From Myxococcota bacterium (GTDB taxonomy: Bacteria > Myxococcota_A > UBA9160 > UBA6930), in contig OZ245002.1 in the NCBI GenBank assembly GCA_965223415.1, forward strand, positions 2,048,001-2,112,000: a stretch of 64,000 bases of DNA, given 5' to 3'. The notes beneath the pieces are model-generated. The model worked only from the letters and a program-made list of their open reading frames with translations. It did no database searches and was not told the origin of the DNA. A program made the translations under genes and the position numbers. Below are positions 57,793 to 64,000 of this stretch, one piece after another (position 1 is the first letter of the stretch; the number at the start of each line of letters is the position of its first letter).

Positions 57793-58978
57793 GGTCGGCG
57801 ACCGTTCCCATCTTCCCTACACCCGGCACACGCTGGAGCCGGAGGATTCGCAGGCGCTGATCGATGCTCTCGAGAGCGGATGCATCACCCAGGGACCGAT
57901 CGTCCAGGACTTCGAGGCGCGGGTCGCCGCCATCGTGGGCGTGGGCCATGCAGTCGCCACGTCGAGCGGCACGACCGCCCTCGAGACCGCGCTGGCGGCC
58001 CTGGGCGTGGGGCCCGGCGCGGAGGTCGTCGTCCCCACGCTCACCTTCGTGGCGACGGCCAACGCGGTGCGCGCGCGAGGCGCCACGCCGGTCTTCGCCG
58101 ACGTGGATCCGCAGACCCTGAACCTCTCCGCGGAGACCCTCGCGCCTCACGTGAACGAGCGGACCGTGGGAGCGATCCCGGTGCACTTCGCCGGCCACCC
58201 CGCCGACGTCCCCGCGCTTCGGGAGGTGCTCGGGACCGAACGCTTCCTGCTCGAGGACGCCGCCCACGCCTTCGGGGCCGAGCTCGCCGATCGGCCGGCG
58301 GGATCACTCGGCGACGCGGCGTGCTTCTCCTTTCATCCGGCCAAGCTGGTCACGACGGCGGAAGGCGGGGCGGTCGCGACGAATTCGTCCTTCCTCGGCC
58401 GCCGCGCCCGGATGTTCCGCGAGCACGGGCTCGTCCGGGATCCGGCCCTCTTCGAGGGCCTCGACGTGCCGGAGGACCTGGCGGAGGACGGGCTCGGCCC
58501 CTGGGTCTACGAGCAGCAGAGCTGCGGCTCGAACCATCGCATGAACGAGCTCCAGGCGGCGCTCGGGCGCAGCCAGCTCACGAGGACCGGGCGCCTGCTC
58601 GAGCGGCGGCGCGCCCTGGCCGGCGCCTACGATGCGGCGCTCGCCGGCCTGGACGAGGTCGAGCCCCCCGCGGAGCGGGACGGCGCGCGTTCGGCCTGGC
58701 ACCTCTACGTGATCCGGCTGCGCCCCGGCTCGATCGGGCGAGGCGCCCTCTACCGGCGCATGCGCGAAGCGAAGATCGGCGTGCAGGTCCACTACGTGCC
58801 CGTCCATCTCCAGCCCTACCATCGCCACGAGCTGGGCACGGCCTGGGGCGACTACCCGGTGGCCGAGGACGCCTACCTGCGGATGCTCTCGCTCCCCCTG
58901 TTCCCCGGCATGGGAGAGGACGACACCTACCGGGTCGTGGACGCCCTGCGGCAAGCGCTGGCCGGGAGCCCCCGGTGA
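57785..58978 (+). CDS. pseC: DegT/DnrJ sugar aminotransferase (PseC-like)
   Basis: EDAAHA, SFHPAK..TT.EGG, QVHY.PVHLQPY. Confidence 0.82.
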   Translation: MGEVGDRSHLPYTRHTLEPEDSQALIDALESGCITQGPIVQDFEARVAAIVGVGHAVATSSGTTALETALAALGVGPGAEVVVPTLTFVATANAVRARGATPVFADVDPQTLNLSAETLAPHVNERTVGAIPVHFAGHPADVPALREVLGTERFLLEDAAHAFGAELADRPAGSLGDAACFSFHPAKLVTTAEGGAVATNSSFLGRRARMFREHGLVRDPALFEGLDVPEDLAEDGLGPWVYEQQSCGSNHRMNELQAALGRSQLTRTGRLLERRRALAGAYDAALAGLDEVEPPAERDGARSAWHLYVIRLRPGSIGRGALYRRMREAKIGVQVHYVPVHLQPYHRHELGTAWGDYPVAEDAYLRMLSLPLFPGMGEDDTYRVVDALRQALAGSPR

Positions 58979-60885
58979 GCGCGCTGGCTCCGGAAGTCCA
59001 CCGGCACGCGCTCCGGACGAACCTGGCCCGCCTGCAGGGCCGCCAGCCGGCCCTCGCCCAGGCGATCCTCGACGCCGATCCGGGCGGCGTGGAGGTGGTG
59101 GACGGAGCCAGGGGCATCCACACCGTGTCCGACCAGGGCACGCTGCTCGCCTCCGCCTACGACCCGGCGCGAGAGGGAGCGCGCCTGGCCGCGGACATGG
59201 CGGACGCTCCCACCGATCTGCTTGTCGCCGTGGGCTTCGGCCTCGGCCACCACCTCGAGGCCTTCCGCTCGCGCAATCCGTGTCCCGTCGTGGTCTACGA
59301 GCCGAAGCTCGCCCGGCTGCGGGCGGCGCTCTCGGCGCGGCCGGACCTCCGCCTGCTCGAAGAGGACGACGTCTACCTGACCGGCGATGCCGACGAGCTC
59401 CGCAACCTGATCGCCGCGCGCTACACGCCGGGGCTCCGGATCAAGGTCTTTCCCCATCCCGCACTGATGCGGCTCTCGCCGGATGCGGTGCACGAGGCGA
59501 TCGACCGGGTCTCCCGGGTCAAGGACTCGATCGATCTGGTCACGAACACGCGGATGACGATGATGGCCGATTGGGCACGGGGCACCATCGCCAACGCCCG
59601 CCACCTGACCCACCGGCCGAGCATCACGCGCCTCGCCGGCGCGTTCCGCGGCGTGCCGGCGGTGATCTGCGCTGCGGGCCCGTCGCTCGATCGGCAGCTC
59701 CCCAAGCTCGCCGCCGCCCGGGATCGGGTGCTCGTCGTCGCCATCGGTCAGACGCTGCGGGCACTCCGCCGGGCCGGGATCGAGCCCGACCTCGTGCACG
59801 TGGTGGAGAGCCAGGACGTGGCCCACCAGCTCACCGAGGCCGGCGACGTGAGCCGGCTCCACCTCGTGCTGCCGCCCCAGGCCCACCCTTCCCTCTTCAC
59901 GCTGCCCGTCCGCCAGCATTGGATCGCCTATCAATCGACGAACCCGTTCGGATGCTGGATCGGAGAGCAGCTCGGCGAGCGGGACTTCCTGCCCTCGGCA
60001 GGAACCGTGACCCAGTGCAGCCTGCACCTGGCCCGGGTGATGGGCTGCAACCCGGTCGCCGTGATCGGCCAGGATCTCGCCTTCACCGGGGGGCGCCTGT
60101 ACGCGAGCGGGTCCGCCTACCACGACGTCGGCTTCCGCACTCTCGCCGACGGGCGCTACGAGTACACGAACCTGCGCGGCAAGCTCGAGGCCCTGGGACG
60201 CGACGATCCCGGCCAGGCGATGGGCGGCGAGCTGATCTGGGTGGAGGGCTGGGACGGGAATGCCGTCCCGACGAACCAGGCCTACGCGTCCTTCCTCGAC
60301 CACTACCGGGACCTGAGTCCCTACTTCGCCCGCGAGGGCGTCAGCCTCGTGAACTGCACGGAAGGCGGCGCGCGGCTCCCGGGGCTGCTGCACCGGCCCT
60401 TCCAGGAGTTCCTGGACGAGCACGCGCGGACGCCCCACGGCGCGGGTGAGGTGCTCGCCCGGACGGCGGGCGCCTTCACGCCCGCTGCGCCGGGCCGCTT
60501 CGACCCCGGCTTCTCGAGGCTCCGGCGGGAGCTCCGCGAGCTCGGCCGCGAGTGCAGCCGCGGCCTCGAACGGGCGCGCAAGGCGCGCCGGGAGGTGGAG
60601 CGCGCCGCCGGAGAGGCCCGCCAGGTGGAGCTCCTACGGGGCGTCGCCCGGAGCCAGCGCAGGATCCATACCGTCGTTTCCCGCGTGACGCTCCTCGACG
60701 CCCTCGTCCAGCGCGAGCTCCAGGGCGTCCAGAGTGACGTCTCGCGGGCCTCCTCCGCCCATCCGACGCCGCTCCAGGTGGCGGGTGAGGCGGAACGCTT
60801 GATGGAGGCGGCCCAGCAGGCGGCCCGTCGCGGGGTCGAGCTCGTGGACACCCTCGAGCGGGAGATCGCGGACTCGCTGCCTTAG
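58975..60885 (+). CDS. Maf-family (DUF115) flagellin glycosyltransferase
   Basis: S.YDP.RE, GFGLG, AGPSLD, IGQDLAF, NCTEGGA. Confidence 0.85.
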   Translation: MSALAPEVHRHALRTNLARLQGRQPALAQAILDADPGGVEVVDGARGIHTVSDQGTLLASAYDPAREGARLAADMADAPTDLLVAVGFGLGHHLEAFRSRNPCPVVVYEPKLARLRAALSARPDLRLLEEDDVYLTGDADELRNLIAARYTPGLRIKVFPHPALMRLSPDAVHEAIDRVSRVKDSIDLVTNTRMTMMADWARGTIANARHLTHRPSITRLAGAFRGVPAVICAAGPSLDRQLPKLAAARDRVLVVAIGQTLRALRRAGIEPDLVHVVESQDVAHQLTEAGDVSRLHLVLPPQAHPSLFTLPVRQHWIAYQSTNPFGCWIGEQLGERDFLPSAGTVTQCSLHLARVMGCNPVAVIGQDLAFTGGRLYASGSAYHDVGFRTLADGRYEYTNLRGKLEALGRDDPGQAMGGELIWVEGWDGNAVPTNQAYASFLDHYRDLSPYFAREGVSLVNCTEGGARLPGLLHRPFQEFLDEHARTPHGAGEVLARTAGAFTPAAPGRFDPGFSRLRRELRELGRECSRGLERARKARREVERAAGEARQVELLRGVARSQRRIHTVVSRVTLLDALVQRELQGVQSDVSRASSAHPTPLQVAGEAERLMEAAQQAARRGVELVDTLEREIADSLP

Positions 60886-60897
60886 CCAGGTTCGAGG

Positions 60898-62376
60898 TCA
60901 GGCCCCGCCGTCACCCGGCGGAGGCTCGAAGACCTGTTGGGAGTAGCTGAAGCTGGTGTCGCCCTGATTGCGCTTCGGGGTGTGCTGCTTGTAGCCGCCG
61001 GTGCGAATCAGCTCGTCGTCGGCCAGACCGAGCTCGAGGCTCCGGTTCAGGCGCGAGCATTCCTCCTGGATCGCGTGCAGGATCGCCTCGTCCTCGAGCG
61101 CGGTCATGTTGAGGCAGATGTCCTGGCGCTCGGTAATCGAATCGAGGTAGGCGTCCTCGTCGGGGATGAACCCGTTCCGGCGGGCGTAGTCGTACATCTC
61201 GGTGTCGGGAAGCGGAAGGAGGAAGCCCACGCTCGGGTAGACGCCGTTGCGCTCGCAGAGGTCGAAGGTCTCGCGGATCGTGTCGCGAGTCTCGATCGGA
61301 TAGCCGAGCACGACGCTGGTGTTGGAGGTGATCCCGACCTCGCGCAGCAGGCGCACCTGCTCCTCGAAGTAGTCCACGCGAACCCGCTTGTTCATCATGG
61401 CGAGGATCTCGGCGTTGCCGGACTCGAGGGAGTAGCCGAGGGTGAGGCAGCCGGAATCGCGGAACTTCTGCGCGACTTCGAGGCGCCGCTCGTAGGGGAT
61501 CTGCCGGTTTCCGAACAGGTCGGTCCGCACGGCGGCGCTCCATGCGAAGCGCAGCCCGGAACCCAGGATCGCGTCCACCAGCTTCTCGGCTTGGGCGAGC
61601 TTGGTAAAGGTGAGGTCGTCCCAGAAGTTGATGTAGTTCGCGCCGTAGCCCTCGATGTTGCGGCGCACTTCCTGCAGCACGCCCTCGGCGCACCGGTGCC
61701 GATAGGGGTCGTGCTTGAAGACGATGTGGCAGAACGTGCACTTGTAGACGCAGCCGCGGGCGGTCGCGACGGGCATCGTGCGCCAGGTCGCATCGCCCTG
61801 GGTCGTGCCCCAGGCGGAGGGCGCGTCCGTCTCCGCGAAGTAGCGATCGACGTCGAAGAGGTCCCAATCGGGCATCGGCAGCTGGTCGATCGGGGCGGCC
61901 TTGCGGCGGGGCGTGTGGAGCGGCTCGCCCCGGGCGTCTCGAAGGACGATGCCCTCCACCTCGTGGAGGGCCGTGCCGCGCCGGAGTGCGTCGAGCACGG
62001 CCACGGTCGTGATCTCGCCCTCGCCGACCACCACCACATCGGCCTGCGACCGGGCCAGGAAGAGGTCCGGGACCGAGCCCGCCACCGAGTTCCCCACGAC
62101 GATCTTCGCTCCGGGAGCAGCGCGGCGCGCCATCTCCGTGAAGCCCTTCATCCACTTGTAGTGGGTGACGATCGATCCGGTGAGGATGACCTCCCAACGA
62201 TTCCGGCCCAGGAAGGCCTCGACGGCGTCGTCGTCCTGGTCGTGGACCCCGACGTCGAGAAGCTCGACCTCGTAGCCGGCTTCGCGCACCGCCGTCATCA
62301 CGTAGGCGAGACCGACCGGCAGGTAACGGGTCGCGTGGCCCGGACGCAGGTTGGGATTGACGAACAGCAGGCGCAT
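60898..62376 (-). CDS. B12-binding radical SAM protein
   Basis: P.GLAY N-terminal domain, GEGE, RGCVYKCTFC, ESGN. Confidence 0.92.
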   Translation of the reverse strand: MRLLFVNPNLRPGHATRYLPVGLAYVMTAVREAGYEVELLDVGVHDQDDDAVEAFLGRNRWEVILTGSIVTHYKWMKGFTEMARRAAPGAKIVVGNSVAGSVPDLFLARSQADVVVVGEGEITTVAVLDALRRGTALHEVEGIVLRDARGEPLHTPRRKAAPIDQLPMPDWDLFDVDRYFAETDAPSAWGTTQGDATWRTMPVATARGCVYKCTFCHIVFKHDPYRHRCAEGVLQEVRRNIEGYGANYINFWDDLTFTKLAQAEKLVDAILGSGLRFAWSAAVRTDLFGNRQIPYERRLEVAQKFRDSGCLTLGYSLESGNAEILAMMNKRVRVDYFEEQVRLLREVGITSNTSVVLGYPIETRDTIRETFDLCERNGVYPSVGFLLPLPDTEMYDYARRNGFIPDEDAYLDSITERQDICLNMTALEDEAILHAIQEECSRLNRSLELGLADDELIRTGGYKQHTPKRNQGDTSFSYSQQVFEPPPGDGGA

Positions 62377-62397
62377 GAAAGCTCCCTCGGCGGGCCG

Positions 62398-63135
62398 CTA
62401 CCAGCGGTAGGGCGTCTGGGGCACGTGCTCGTTCCAGACGAGCCAACCCGGGTGCTCGGTGAGCCAGCCCTCGACCCGGTCGAAGCCGAAGGCTTCCTCG
62501 CCCGGATGCAGGGCGTCGTAGAGGGCGGAGACCAGCCGGTAGTCGTCGGCGGTGTCCACGGCGAGCCGCCACGGGCGCCGATCCGGTGTGCGATCGAGAT
62601 ACGCGGCCGGGCCCGCCTGTCCCCGCCAGAGCCAGGGCGTCACGTGCTCGCGCTCGTAGGGGTCCCGCGCCTCGCGGTGCGCCCGGAGCAGCGCCGCCGC
62701 GGTGAAGGCCTCCGCGTCGAGACCGATCGGGTAGCCGCTCTCGAGGGCCGTCGACGCGAACGCCACGTCGAGGCCCTGGCGCAGGGCGAGCACCGACGCA
62801 CCGACCGCCGGGTCGTAGAGCGGGCAGTCCGACGTGACGCGAAGCACGACGGAGGCGCCGGTCGCATCCACCGCCAGGGCCGTTCGCGCGAGCACGTCCT
62901 CCTCCGGTCCGCGCACGACGTGCACGCCCCTGTGCAGAGAAGCGACGTCGACCACCGGCTGCTGAGCCGCGCCCTCGGGAAGGGCGACGCAGATTTCGTC
63001 GACGCCCGGCGTCCGCCCGACCCGCTCGATCACCCGCGAGAGGAGCGGGGCTCCGGCGAGGGGCAGGCACACCTTGCCCGGCAGCCGTGTCGAGGTGCCC
63101 CGCGCCTGGATCACCGCCACGACGGGCCCGCTCAC
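62398..63135 (-). CDS. SpsF-like cytidylyltransferase
   Basis: IQAR..STRLPGK, G.EEDVL.R, TSDCP, REHVT, VDT..D. Confidence 0.88.
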   Translation of the reverse strand: MSGPVVAVIQARGTSTRLPGKVCLPLAGAPLLSRVIERVGRTPGVDEICVALPEGAAQQPVVDVASLHRGVHVVRGPEEDVLARTALAVDATGASVVLRVTSDCPLYDPAVGASVLALRQGLDVAFASTALESGYPIGLDAEAFTAAALLRAHREARDPYEREHVTPWLWRGQAGPAAYLDRTPDRRPWRLAVDTADDYRLVSALYDALHPGEEAFGFDRVEGWLTEHPGWLVWNEHVPQTPYRW

Positions 63136-64000
63136 GACGCCTCTCCCAGCTGTTCCCACTGGAGGGGCTCGCCCCGCTTCAGATCGCGGAGCGCCGGGCG
63201 ACCGAGCACCGCGCCCAGGTGACGCGGCTCGAGGCCGAGGGCGGGACGGATCGAGCGCACCGCGTCACGGGTGAGCCGCTCTCCGGCTGCCACGTCCCGC
63301 ACGACGTAGAGCGAGCGCCGACACCGGCGGCTGCTCGCCTCGCAGGCAGCCGGTGCCGAACGTCCGTCGCCCAGGCCTTCCCAGGCGGCCCGCACGTCGC
63401 GCACCATCGCCGCGAACTCGTCGGGCTCCAGGCTGAAGCCCGCGTCGGGGCCGCCGTCGGCTCGCGCCAGGGTGAGGTGCTTCTCGATCAGGCTCGCGCC
63501 GAGGGCGACCGCGGCGATCGGAGCGGCGGGCCCGAGGCTGTGGTCCGACAGCCCGGTGACGACGCCGAACTCCGCCGCGAGGGTCGCCATGCGGCGCAGG
63601 TTCATCTCGCCGGGCGGGGTCGGGTAGCCGCTCACGCAGTGCAGCAGCGCCAGGTCGGTGCCGCCGGCGGCCCGGGCCGCGGCGAGGGCGCGTCGGATCT
63701 CGTCGGGCGTGGCCATGCCCGTGGAGAGGACGACCGGGCGTCCGGTCGCCGCGGCCCGCGCGATCAGCTCGAGATCGCCCAGCTCGAAGGACGCGATCTT
63801 GTAGGCTGGTGCGTCCAGCCGCTCGAGGAAGTCGACGGTCGCCGGGTCGAAGGGGGAGCTGAAGACAGCCATTCCCAGCTCGCGGCCGCGGGCGAAGAGC
63901 GCCGGGTGCCACGCGGCGGGCGTCTGGGCCTCGGCGTAGAGCTCGAACAGGTTGCGACCGCGCCAGGGGCCGTCCTCGATGTGGAACCCCGGCCCGCTCT
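63132..64000 (-). CDS. pseI: Pseudaminic acid synthase (NeuB family), 5' end outside window
   Basis: SSPFD, YKIASFE, STGMA, HCVSGYP, GLSDH, IEKH.TL.R..GGPD..FSLEP, SAF domain. Confidence 0.85.
   Translation of the reverse strand, partial: SGPGFHIEDGPWRGRNLFELYAEAQTPAAWHPALFARGRELGMAVFSSPFDPATVDFLERLDAPAYKIASFELGDLELIARAAATGRPVVLSTGMATPDEIRRALAAARAAGGTDLALLHCVSGYPTPPGEMNLRRMATLAAEFGVVTGLSDHSLGPAAPIAAVALGASLIEKHLTLARADGGPDAGFSLEPDEFAAMVRDVRAAWEGLGDGRSAPAACEASSRRCRRSLYVVRDVAAGERLTRDAVRSIRPALGLEPRHLGAVLGRPALRDLKRGEPLQWEQLGEAS

Overview
High-GC bacterial chromosomal window in four parts. (1) 1-14.3 kb: housekeeping and metabolic genes (serC, a TetR + LuxE-like/LuxC-like operon, glnE, CoA-transferase, gor, nth) with REP-like palindromes. 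(2) 14.3-30 kb: an integron (intI, attI, cassettes for a GIY-YIG nuclease, a lipoprotein and BrnT/BrnA, plus a probable kinase cassette) invaded by seven nested insertion sequences, whose junctions (except the IS481 target site) can be reconstructed base by base. (3) 30-54 kb: a long run of short cassette-like genes with decayed or absent attC sites and several pseudogenes. (4) 55-64 kb: c-di-GMP genes and a pseudaminic-acid/Maf flagellin glycosylation cluster. The highlight is two unrelated IS110-family RNA-guided recombinase elements that both target integron attC sites. One (18076-19317) has a readable bridge RNA in its left non-coding end: four guide segments match the attC core site it occupies (GTCCGTTAG|GCGGC) and its own donor junction (GGAGTAT-CT-TGTA). 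The other (two copies, IS1111-type) inserts beside the attC L'' box and carries a matching 9-nt segment in its 3' non-coding end. All product calls are from motif recognition by eye; no database searches were run.
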